From NCBI GenBank assembly GCA_000004985.1, contig GG738854.1: a DNA stretch of 64,000 nt. One strand, given 5' to 3'. Origin of the DNA: Naegleria gruberi. Lineage: Eukaryota. Positions 32,901 to 42,411 of the stretch are shown here, piece after piece. Below the pieces are notes generated by a model that was given only the letters and a program-made list of their open reading frames with translations, ran no database searches and had not been told where the DNA came from. Numbering within the stretch: the first letter of the stretch is position 1; each line of letters begins with the position of its first letter. The translations under genes were made by a program, and so were the position numbers.

Positions 32901-33560
32901 ATGCTTGAATTGCCTGATGAAATTCTTCTCACCATCTTTTTAATGATTGAAGATGATGACAAGACATGGAGATCATTGATGCTAACCTGTAAATCTCTGA
33001 AAACAATTTGTTATGACTACAGATATCAAATGGTCAACTTTCCGAAAGCTACTATTAAATTATATCAAGGAAAACCAAATCAATACTACATAAGCCTTGT
33101 CCAATTTGATACAAACTATTCAACATACAAAATACCACATAGGATGGATTGGCCTCATCCTGGGAATACAGACGTGATTACTAGATGGTTTAAATTGAGG
33201 GTTGATCCAAAGACAATGCTTATCCATACATCTGATTATCGTTTCACTAGATCAACAGGAAGATGTTCCCACCACCCTGAAAGTGAGACTCAAATACCTT
33301 ATGCAAGTTGTTTTGGATGCGAATCACCTGGATGTGATGATGCTAAAGCTTGTTGTGATCTAACTGGCACAAGATTTAAATTCAATGCTAAATTCCATCA
33401 TGATGGCTGTGCAAGCAACGGATCATGGAAATTTGAGAAACATAATAAGAAAATTAAATTGACAGGTGGTGGTTATTGTGGTTGGACAACTCCTTTAGCA
33501 GCCAAAACAGAAATAGATGCTGTGCTTGGTGGTTGGTATGTTGGTATTGAGCTTGATTAA
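32901..33560 (+). CDS. F-box-like protein with a Cys-rich C-terminal domain, 219 aa.
   Basis: ATG is at 32901. The F-box-like segment is MLELPDEILLTIFLMI..WRSLMLTCKSLKTICYDY. The C-terminal half has many Cys and His residues (CSHHPESETQIPYASCFGCESPGCDDAKACCD, HHDGCASNG). Confidence 0.6.
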   Translation: MLELPDEILLTIFLMIEDDDKTWRSLMLTCKSLKTICYDYRYQMVNFPKATIKLYQGKPNQYYISLVQFDTNYSTYKIPHRMDWPHPGNTDVITRWFKLRVDPKTMLIHTSDYRFTRSTGRCSHHPESETQIPYASCFGCESPGCDDAKACCDLTGTRFKFNAKFHHDGCASNGSWKFEKHNKKIKLTGGGYCGWTTPLAAKTEIDAVLGGWYVGIELD

Positions 33561-33909
33561 ACTCCCTTATTAATGTTAATATTCAATTGATTTAGCTTTA
33601 CAAATTAAATAGCCAAATATGATGCCGTCCTTAACACCTACTGAACTCCTCACCACTTGATTTAGAAAATTAAACATGGTTGTGCGCCTTTAATGGTGCT
33701 TGTTCTTCTAGTTCCCCTTACACTCTAAAGCCTTTTTGTAATGATCAGACCGTTTTTCTTGCCTTTTGGCGCCAATCACCTAAAACAGCCGTAGCATCGT
33801 ATCATCCTTGAAAATGCCGCAAAGTTTGAAACAAAAAAATTGAACTAAGCGTCGTTCACGTTCTCTTTTTCATCCCAAGTGAAGACTACTTTGAAATAAA
33901 CAGGGCACG

Positions 33910-35921
33910 ATGAGCTCGTCTAATACTACTATTGCTTCGTTGGAAGCAGCGATTGCACAAACACACACAGACATGGATACCTTGTGGGTGTTGGTATGTA
34001 CCATGATGGTCTTCCTTATGCAGACTGGTTTTTCTTTTTTGGAAGCCGGGTCTGTTAGAAGCACCTCTGTGGTTAATATTTTAACAAAGGTTAGTAAATA
34101 ACAATGAAATAATGGCATACTAACCAATTCAGAATTTATTAGGAACTTGTATGGTCACTATTGCTTGGTGGATTCTAGGATATGGTTTGGCGTAAGTAAT
34201 AATAATTATTTGATGAAGAAATTGTAATCCACTTGCTGATGATTGATGCCATCCACTATAACAGTTTTGGTGACGATACCACATCAGGAACAAGAAACGG
34301 TTTTATAGGCAATGCGTAAGTTTTTAAAAGTCCTCATCAAAATTCTGAAATAATTACTCCTATTTGATATAATATTTTCATTAATATTAATAATATGTGA
34401 TTTCGTTACTGCTTGGTAAGTGTTTTTCAAACCACAAGGCTTGTGATATTAATTATTATTTAGGAGTTCATATAAATCATGGCATATTTGGGTCTTTGAA
34501 TGGGCCTTCGTTGCTGATACTACAACAATTTTATCAGGTGCTATTTCTGAAAGAACCACTACTCATGGTTATTTGATTTATGCTGCCATCTTTGCTGGTT
34601 GGATTTATCCAGTTGTTGCTCACTGGTTCTGGTCTACTTCTGGTTGGTTGTCTCCATTAAAGAAGGATATTGAAGGACCTGGATCATTGGGAGTTATTGA
34701 TTTTGCTGGTTGTGCTGTTGTTCACCTTTTGGGAGGTGTTGCCTCTCTCTGTGGTGCTGTTATTATGGGTCCAAGAAAGGGAAGATGGGTTAAGAAGAAT
34801 GAAAATTACTTCAAGCCTCACAATATTCCTTTCCAATTCTTGGGTACCTTGTTATTGTTCTTGGGTTGGTTTGGTTTCAATCCGTAAGTATTTCCCTTAA
34901 TTACCTTAATTCATTTAACCAATTAATGATAATAATATTAATTTTATAATAATAATTCATTCACAGAGGTTCTACTACTGCCATTTCTAATGGAATGTCT
35001 ATTGTTGCTGCTAAGGCTACAGTAAATACTGTTTTAGCTGCTGCATCTGCTGGTCTTACTGGTGCTTTCATTAGATTGTGTATTCCAAAATTCCTAGTAT
35101 GGGATGCTGGTAATCTTCAAAATTGTGTTTTGGCTGGTCTCGTTGCTGTTACAGCTGGTTGTGCTACTGTTGAACCTTGGGGAGCTGTTTGTATTGGTAT
35201 TATTGCTGCTCCTATTTATATTGGACTTTCATTCCTTTTGAGAAAATTAAAGATTGATGATCCTTTGGATGCTGTTCCAGTCCATGGTGGTTGTGGTTTG
35301 TGGGGTTTAATTGCTGCTGGTATCTTCTCATCACCACGTGGTGTTTCTGCTGCTTATAATGTTGTTTCAACTGGTTCATTGTTCTGGGGTAACGGTGAAC
35401 AATTTGGTATGCAATTCTTGGGTGCTGTTGTTGTTATTGCTTGGGGTGCTGCTTGGTGTATTCCATTGTTCATTATTATGAGATTCATTCCAAGAGGTTT
35501 TGGTTTCAGAATTTCTGAAAAACAAGAAAAGGCTGGAATAGATGTTGCTTTGCATGATGTTGATGGTTATGCTAATATTAATCAAGAAGATTTGGATGAA
35601 AGTTTCAAGAATTGGGTTGAATTTGTTGAATTCCAAAAGGAAAAGAAAAAGCAAAAGATTGCTGAAGAATTGAAGGGTGCTACACCAAAGAAGTCTGAAT
35701 CAACCCAAGATAAGAATGATGTTGAATTGAAGGAAAATAAGCCAATTGAAGCACAAACTGTTGCTACTGCCACTCCAGTTGAAACCACCAATAACGCTAC
35801 TACCCAAGAAACTCCTGTTGCTACTGAAGATAAGGATGTCGCTACCGAAAAGGATGTTGAATTGAAAGAAAATATCACTGCTGAAAACATTAATGTTGAA
35901 ACACCACAAACTAATGTTTAA
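33910..35921 (+). CDS. Amt/MEP-family ammonium transporter. The 5 exons are 33910..34089, 34132..34190, 34264..34314, 34464..34883 and 34967..35921.
   Basis: Exon 1 reads MSSSN..LWVLVCTMMVFLMQTGFSFLEAGSVRSTSVVNILTK. Exon 2 reads NLLGTCMVTIAWWILGYGL. Exon 3 reads AFGDDTTSGTRNGFIGNA. Exon 4 contains AISERTTTHGYLIYAAIFAGWIYPVVAHWFWS and DFAGCAVVHLLGG and ends FLGWFGFNP. Exon 5 reads GSTTAISNGMS..VHGGCGLWGLIAAGIF, followed by a repetitive Thr/Glu-rich tail. The introns are 34090..34131, 34191..34263, 34315..34463 and 34884..34966, all GT..AG and in phase. Confidence 0.9.
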
Positions 35922-35971
35922 GTAGAAATTATGTGTTTAATTTCAAACATTATAAAAAATAAACTAACTGA

Positions 35972-36925
35972 TTAATTAAAGATTTGAGCTGATCCATCAA
36001 CTATTGGTAGAATTAATTGACCTGTTTTTTCATCAATAGCAATTGCATAATGATAAATAGTATCGAGTGGAAATGATAAATCTACACGAATTAATTTTTC
36101 AAATTGTTTTTGAAACATGTTAACTCTCTTTGCTTTTCTGTCAACTTGATAAATTAAATCTGTTGATTTTTCATAGAAAATTCCATAAGAACCTCTATCC
36201 ATTAAAGTTGTGTCTGGCTTATTAATAAGGTACCACTTTCCATCTTGTTCATTAATTTTATACATTTCTAGTGGACTCGATGCTTCTAATGCAAAGAATG
36301 ATGTTCTAGATAATACCATTTCTCTTTCTGGTGTGAAAACAATTCCAAAACCACTTCCAATATCCATTTCAGGTACAAATATTGGATCGCTTACTCTTTC
36401 ACCATTTTCAATATCAAATGCAAAAATAGATAAATCAACAACATAAACCAAATTATCCAAAACTGATACGCCCCAAGAACTTTGTAAAATACCAACTTGA
36501 GTTTTCCAAATTAATCCATCATCTTCCTCATTCGTTAATAAAATATTTAAATCAAATTTAAAACACTTTGAATGACCATCTGTATCAACACCTGTCATTA
36601 ATAGAAATGATTCATATATATGCATACCATGTGTCGATATTAAAGTATTAATTGATTTTTTATATTTACTAGTAAATCTATTAAATAAATGTAATTTTCT
36701 ATTTCCTCCTAAAATTATTAAATCTTTATAAATTACAATATCATAACATGTGTAGAGCTTTAGTGATGAATGTAAAAGTGTTTGAATTTTATGATATTGT
36801 TTTGAAAATGATTTTAAATTCATTCCGATTTTATTTTTTAAATAATTAAATAAATATTGTGATGGTGATTGATTTTCACTCTTATCATCATTAGTATGAA
36901 AATCAATCAGATAAAGAGTTGTCAT
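35972..36925 (-). CDS. Hypothetical 317-aa protein, single exon, unknown function.
   Basis: ATG is at 36925 in an A-rich context. The ORF is uninterrupted. No motif was recognised. Confidence 0.5.
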   Translation of the reverse strand: MTTLYLIDFHTNDDKSENQSPSQYLFNYLKNKIGMNLKSFSKQYHKIQTLLHSSLKLYTCYDIVIYKDLIILGGNRKLHLFNRFTSKYKKSINTLISTHGMHIYESFLLMTGVDTDGHSKCFKFDLNILLTNEEDDGLIWKTQVGILQSSWGVSVLDNLVYVVDLSIFAFDIENGERVSDPIFVPEMDIGSGFGIVFTPEREMVLSRTSFFALEASSPLEMYKINEQDGKWYLINKPDTTLMDRGSYGIFYEKSTDLIYQVDRKAKRVNMFQKQFEKLIRVDLSFPLDTIYHYAIAIDEKTGQLILPIVDGSAQIFN

Positions 36926-37154
36926 TTTTTTCGTATTTTCAAACTATTTGCTCTTAAATACGAATATTTAAATACTAATTGACTATTTTTACAATGACAA
37001 TTACCAAAAAATAGACCATCTTGAGAATCTCATAACTCCATAGCTATATGATCCAAGCATATGATGTCAAGCAAAGCATGTTCTTGGTCTTCCTCAACAG
37101 TAGTATAATTCGTAGTGTTATCAAGCTTAAATTACCGTTATTTCTTTAAAAAAA

Positions 37155-37986
37155 ATGGCACAAAATAATCCAACGAGAGAATTATATGAAGCCGCTACTA
37201 AGGGAGATTTTTTTGCAGTGAAAAGATTAGTGGAGGGTAGTATTGCTGATGTTAATGCTTACTCACAAGTAGGATTAATAGAAACTGAGGTAAGTTTAAC
37301 ATTCCGATCATGATTAATAAGATGTTTTTAGTGGGTATGTTTTAAAATAGTTGTAATGATGATCATCATCAATAATAGACACCTCTATTTTCAGCAGCTT
37401 TTAAAGGAAATAAGGATATTGTAAATTATTTAATAACTAGGACTTCTATTAATTTAGATATAGGAGATGTAAGTCTATTCAAATGATGATCTAATGCTTA
37501 CAACAATATTAAGAAAGTATGTATTATAACATTTCATTGGAAGAAACAAATATATGTGACATGACACTAGCATGTTGAAGTATGTAGTAATTGAAAGAGT
37601 TTGATAATTTTCATTCTCACAGTGGAATCCACTTCATGGAGCTTCATCAAAGGGTAATTCAGAAATCATTCCAATATTAGTGAAAGCAGGAATTAATGTT
37701 AATAGTACAAGTGTATGTTTATTAATAATTAAATTATTTACTACTCATATTAATAGTATGTAAGTATCACCAAAAGATCATCAACCAATGAATAATAATA
37801 ATGAAATTTCAATAGTTTAATGATACACCACTTCATATTGCAGCATATTTTGGTAGAAGTAATAGTATTGAAGAATTAATTAAATTAGGAGCTGATAAAA
37901 CATTAAAGAATAGTAAAGGACAAACACCACTTGAAGTTGCAGAAATGAGAGGTCATCCAACAAAATTTTTACAACTTTTAAAATAA
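37155..37986 (+). CDS. Small ankyrin-repeat protein, about 161 aa, absent from the ORF track. The 4 exons are 37155..37289, 37379..37468, 37623..37712 and 37816..37986.
   Basis: Exon 1 reads MAQNNPTRELYEAATKGDFFAVKRLVEGS..VGLIETE. Exon 2 reads TPLFSAAFKGNKDIVNYLI..LDIGD. Exon 3 reads WNPLHGASSKGNSEIIPILVKAGINVNSTS. Exon 4 reads FNDTPLHIAAYFGRSNSIEELIKLGADKTLKNSKGQTPLEVA..LK*. Three exons are exactly 90 nt, which is one ANK repeat each. The introns have GTAAGT/GTATGT donors. Confidence 0.75.
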
Positions 37987-38009
37987 ATTGAATATAATGT
38001 TGTAATAAT

Positions 38010-41000
38010 TTATGCAACATAATGTAATATTGAATTATTTTGTTCATCTCTTTTCAAAAAATCTCTTTCAAGTAAAGATTCAATTCTCTTCTTAATTTGT
38101 TTAACATCAGGAGTAAATATTGGAATTAATTGTGAACTAACTTCATTAAATAATGATTGAATATTCATTGTCTTTCTTGTTTTCATAATTCTAACAACAC
38201 ATGCATCTAAAATATGAACTCTATCTGTACTAACACTTGTTTGTGTACCTTGTGTATCTTTTTGTGTTATTCTTGGTAATGGAATTTTAAGTTTAAATGA
38301 TCGAGATGTAAAATTTTCATTCAATGAAAGTGTCATTTCCTTCTGATTAAATATTAAAATTGGAAATTTTGTTGATGATAATGAAATTATTGATTGTTTC
38401 AAATCAATATCTGAATTATTATTCAAATCAACTGTAGTATTACTTCCAAATGAACTTGATCTTTGATTCATTCCATTATTGGTACTATTATTATTATTGC
38501 TACTATTACTACTATTATTCTGATTAATTGTACCATCAAAATTTAAACCAGTTAAATCTTCAATTTGTTTAACAGATAATTGTAATTGATCATTAAAAAG
38601 TAATAAAATTGAAGCTTGTAAAGTAGAAAGTTCAAATAAATGATTACCATTAATATAATGAGCATGAATTTGAGCCATACTCTTTGAATAAACCCATTTT
38701 AAAACTCTTTTACCATTTCTAGAATCATAAAATTGTTTAAATAAATGTTGTGATTCTAAAAATTCCTTTGGAAGTAACATGTGTTCTTTTGCTTTTAAAG
38801 GCCACATTCCCATAGTTAAAACTGTAACATTAACATCATATGAAAGTTGTAATTGATTTGTTGTAATATAATTTTGAAATTCTAATTTCATATCATTGGC
38901 CATTGTTTTATCTGTTAACATTTTCTCTAATTTATAAGTATCAGCAACACCTCTATAATGATATTTTAATTTAGAAATCATCATTCTTTCTTCTAATTCT
39001 TGATAATCAGTTACTAATAATCTTATAGCAAATAATTTACGATGTTCTTCAATAAACATATCTCTATCTGAAAAGAATTGAATAAAATCAACAATACAAT
39101 CTAATTTCTTTTCATCACTCTTCTTTCTTAATACATCATCTGTATAATAGGCAAATAATTGTACAATTCTAATTTCAAATTGACCAAGTGTTATATTCTT
39201 ATTAACAAATTGTTTAAATCCTTCTGACATGGCCTTATGAAATATTACATTTCTTGAAAATGATCCATTTGTTATATTTTTCATCTTTTGATGAAGTTCT
39301 AATAAATCTTGAACATAGGAATCAATTAAAAATCTAACTACTTTACTATATACTTCATTAGATATTATATGAATATTATTATTAGATGTATTATTAGATG
39401 TATTATTATTATTTGATGTATTAGATGTACTACCATTATTATTACCATTATTATTATTATTATTTAAATTATTATCATTAGATTTAATCATTTCAGATGA
39501 AGCATTTTCATACTTGACAAATAATTCATTTCCAACAAAAATTAAATATTGTTTAAATAAATCAGCAATTGGATCTAAACCACCTTCTAATCTATTCATT
39601 AAACGATATAATCTTTTCAAATCATCAAATTTTTCATCTCTAATTAAAATTTTAACACCACTTCCACTCATTTCTAATAAACGTTTTTGCATATTTTTCA
39701 ATAATTCCAAATCACATAATTTCATTAACTTGTTTTGTGAAAAACTAGTTGGAAATATTGCTTGAATTCTAGTTTGTTCTTGTTGAATACATTCTTCAGC
39801 AAATAATAAATATTCTGTTAAATTATACTTTTCAATCCATTCATTAGCAATTTTATGATAAAATTCACTTGTTTCCTTCTCTGCATATTTTTCAAATTCA
39901 TCAACATAGACCTCACTTGTTGAATGTTGTTGTTGTTGTTGTTGTGTAGATGATGATGATAATTGATTTGATGTTGAATCAATAATCATATTATCATTAT
40001 TACTGCTTGTACCACCACTGCTTGTACCAATATTATTACTTTGTGTAGTATTAGTATTAGTAGTATTATTATTATTATTATTAGCATGATGAAGACCACC
40101 TGTATTTAAAGTAATATTTGGATCATCCATTTCAGAAAATAATTGTAAAGTTTGTTTTAATAATTGTCTTTGTGAAATGTAATAAGAATTATCGGAATTA
40201 TAAAATTTACGATCTTGTGTAATTTTATCAAGTAAAATTTGTCTTAATTGAACTTTACAATGATCAAATATACTTGTTTTAAATAAATAATAAGCTTCAT
40301 ATTTTAAAGTTCTTTTAGTATTTGAAGCAACATAAAATTGATCTAAATATTTAAATATATAGGAACAAAATTTTACAAAAATGTCTCTAAAATTAATCCA
40401 AATAAAAACAATTTCATTTAATAAATCTTCTCCATATTTATCTTTTAATTTTGGTAATATTGTTGTTTGTAAATATTTTTTAATATAAATTGAATATAAA
40501 TTATATAATTGTTCTTCATAATAAACTGAATCAGGTAAAATACATAAATTATATATAGTTGTAAATAATAATACATGTTCATCATTCTCCCATGGTTTTA
40601 ATTCATTCAAATTTTGACTTTCTCTTTTACCATTTACAAATGTTTCTAATTTTTTTAAACTTTTATAAATTTCATACCAAGTTTCACGTAATTTTTGACT
40701 TCTTGTTTGATCATTTGTATTATTAGTTGTAGTATTATTAGTATTATTACCATTATTAATAGTGGATGGAGTTGTTGAACTTGTTCCACCACTACTACTA
40801 CTAGTAGCAGTGATAGTATTATTATTATTATTAGAATTATTATTAGAATTATGATTAATTTGATGAGAATTGGTTGGAGTATGATGAAGATGACTATTTG
40901 GAGTTGAAGAATTTGGTTGAATGGGTGGTTTCTTTTGAGGAGTAGAAGGATTTGAATTAATTGATTGATTTCCTAGATTAGTTGGTGGTTGTTGTAAAAA

Positions 41001-41990
41001 GAAAGGAGGTAAATTTGATGAAGAATTTGATCTTAATCTATTTTGTAAAGTATTTTGTAAATTTGGATTTGTAATAGGAATAGGTGGTATTGGTAAATTA
41101 TTAGAAGAAGAATTTGATCTCAATCTTTGATTTGGAATTAAATTACTAGGTGTTGGAATAAATAAATTAGGAGTTATAGTTGGATTAGGATAAGGAATAT
41201 TTCCACTATTAGAAGTATTTGAATTTGATCGATTTCTTTGAGCTGCAGCTGCTGCTTGTAAAAAAGGTGGAGTTGTAAATAAGAAATTATTCATTGATAG
41301 AGGTGGTAAATTTGAAATATTTGGAATTCCATTAATTGTTGGAATAAGTGGAAGATTTGGATGATTCAAGTTTGGTTGTGGATTTAAAGTTGGTTGACTA
41401 GTTGTTGGTAATTGAGTTGAATTATTATTAGGTATTATTGAGGTAGAAGTTATTGGATTGGTCATGTGAAGAAGATTTGGAATTGTTGGATTAATAGTAT
41501 TAATTGGAATATTTGTTGAAGTAGTACCATTAGCATTGATATGATTTGGAATTTGACTTGTTGATTGTTGTTGTTGTTGAGGATTAATTTTAGGCTTTTT
41601 TAATGCTTGTTCAAAATTTTGTTGCTGAAGTCTGATAGAGGAGTTATTTATAGATTGTGAGGGTTGTGCTTGATTATTAATTAATGATGAAGTAATCCCA
41701 GCATTTGATTGAATTCGGTTATGATGACTATTAGATGGTATCGTACTATTAGTATTGTTGTTATTATTGATTGGTATCATCATTGGATTACTGTTGACAG
41801 TTGCTTGATGAGAAGGTTGATGGAAGGCATGTTGTTGGGTCAAAATTTGAGTTGATGTTGAATTTATAGTATTATTACTAGTATTATTTACTGTTCCTAT
41901 AGGAGGTTCATCGGTTTGATGTGATGAATTGGTTGACGATGATGATGTTTGTTGCTGATCCTTTAGATGATCTTCGTAGGTTCTCTTCAT
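38010..41990 (-). CDS. Cullin-family protein, 1326 aa, with a 600-700-aa low-complexity (Asn/Gln/Ser/Thr/Pro-rich) N-terminal extension. Single exon.
   Basis: ATG is at 41990. The C-terminal cullin-homology and neddylation region is VVRIMKTRKTMNIQSLFNEVSSQL..IKKRIESLLERDFLKRDEQNNSILHYVA. Cullin-repeat-like segments occur in the middle (KLEKMLTDKTMANDMKLEFQNY). Confidence 0.8.
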   Translation of the reverse strand: MKRTYEDHLKDQQQTSSSSTNSSHQTDEPPIGTVNNTSNNTINSTSTQILTQQHAFHQPSHQATVNSNPMMIPINNNNNTNSTIPSNSHHNRIQSNAGITSSLINNQAQPSQSINNSSIRLQQQNFEQALKKPKINPQQQQQSTSQIPNHINANGTTSTNIPINTINPTIPNLLHMTNPITSTSIIPNNNSTQLPTTSQPTLNPQPNLNHPNLPLIPTINGIPNISNLPPLSMNNFLFTTPPFLQAAAAAQRNRSNSNTSNSGNIPYPNPTITPNLFIPTPSNLIPNQRLRSNSSSNNLPIPPIPITNPNLQNTLQNRLRSNSSSNLPPFFLQQPPTNLGNQSINSNPSTPQKKPPIQPNSSTPNSHLHHTPTNSHQINHNSNNNSNNNNNTITATSSSSGGTSSTTPSTINNGNNTNNTTTNNTNDQTRSQKLRETWYEIYKSLKKLETFVNGKRESQNLNELKPWENDEHVLLFTTIYNLCILPDSVYYEEQLYNLYSIYIKKYLQTTILPKLKDKYGEDLLNEIVFIWINFRDIFVKFCSYIFKYLDQFYVASNTKRTLKYEAYYLFKTSIFDHCKVQLRQILLDKITQDRKFYNSDNSYYISQRQLLKQTLQLFSEMDDPNITLNTGGLHHANNNNNNTTNTNTTQSNNIGTSSGGTSSNNDNMIIDSTSNQLSSSSTQQQQQQHSTSEVYVDEFEKYAEKETSEFYHKIANEWIEKYNLTEYLLFAEECIQQEQTRIQAIFPTSFSQNKLMKLCDLELLKNMQKRLLEMSGSGVKILIRDEKFDDLKRLYRLMNRLEGGLDPIADLFKQYLIFVGNELFVKYENASSEMIKSNDNNLNNNNNNGNNNGSTSNTSNNNNTSNNTSNNNIHIISNEVYSKVVRFLIDSYVQDLLELHQKMKNITNGSFSRNVIFHKAMSEGFKQFVNKNITLGQFEIRIVQLFAYYTDDVLRKKSDEKKLDCIVDFIQFFSDRDMFIEEHRKLFAIRLLVTDYQELEERMMISKLKYHYRGVADTYKLEKMLTDKTMANDMKLEFQNYITTNQLQLSYDVNVTVLTMGMWPLKAKEHMLLPKEFLESQHLFKQFYDSRNGKRVLKWVYSKSMAQIHAHYINGNHLFELSTLQASILLLFNDQLQLSVKQIEDLTGLNFDGTINQNNSSNSSNNNNSTNNGMNQRSSSFGSNTTVDLNNNSDIDLKQSIISLSSTKFPILIFNQKEMTLSLNENFTSRSFKLKIPLPRITQKDTQGTQTSVSTDRVHILDACVVRIMKTRKTMNIQSLFNEVSSQLIPIFTPDVKQIKKRIESLLERDFLKRDEQNNSILHYVA

Positions 41991-42411
41991 TTTTAATCAA
42001 GAAATCCAAGAGGGTTTAGCTGAGGTTTTTTTTGTTCAAAATATTTCTACACCAGCAAAAGAAGGCGGATTTGAGAGGTGTGGACTGATGATATGATATA
42101 AAAAGAGCATGGCACTTCTCAAAAGAATCTACACTATGAAAAGACATTTAAAAAAGAAACAGTGAGGAGGTTATTAGCTGACTAACACAAGATGATGATG
42201 TGGTAACATGGTATTAATTACCCATGTTGAACAATGAAGAGACAAGAGATGAAGAAGTGGCTGGTGTGTGAAAAATATCTCACTGTTCACCAAATTACTT
42301 GAAAATAAATTATTTTAATAGAGAGAAAGTTATGTGTGGTTAGTACATTCAAATCCATTGAATGTAATGAGTGTATTTCATCTTCTTTGGAAGTTGTGTG
42401 TATTTGTACAA

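Noticed and set aside
33600-33900. U2 snRNA-like element (CCUUUUGGC...GUAGCA).
   Set aside because: The invariant branch-point-binding GUAGUA is replaced by GUAGCA. There is no Sm site or the conserved 5' AUCGCUUCUCGG. The resemblance is too weak.
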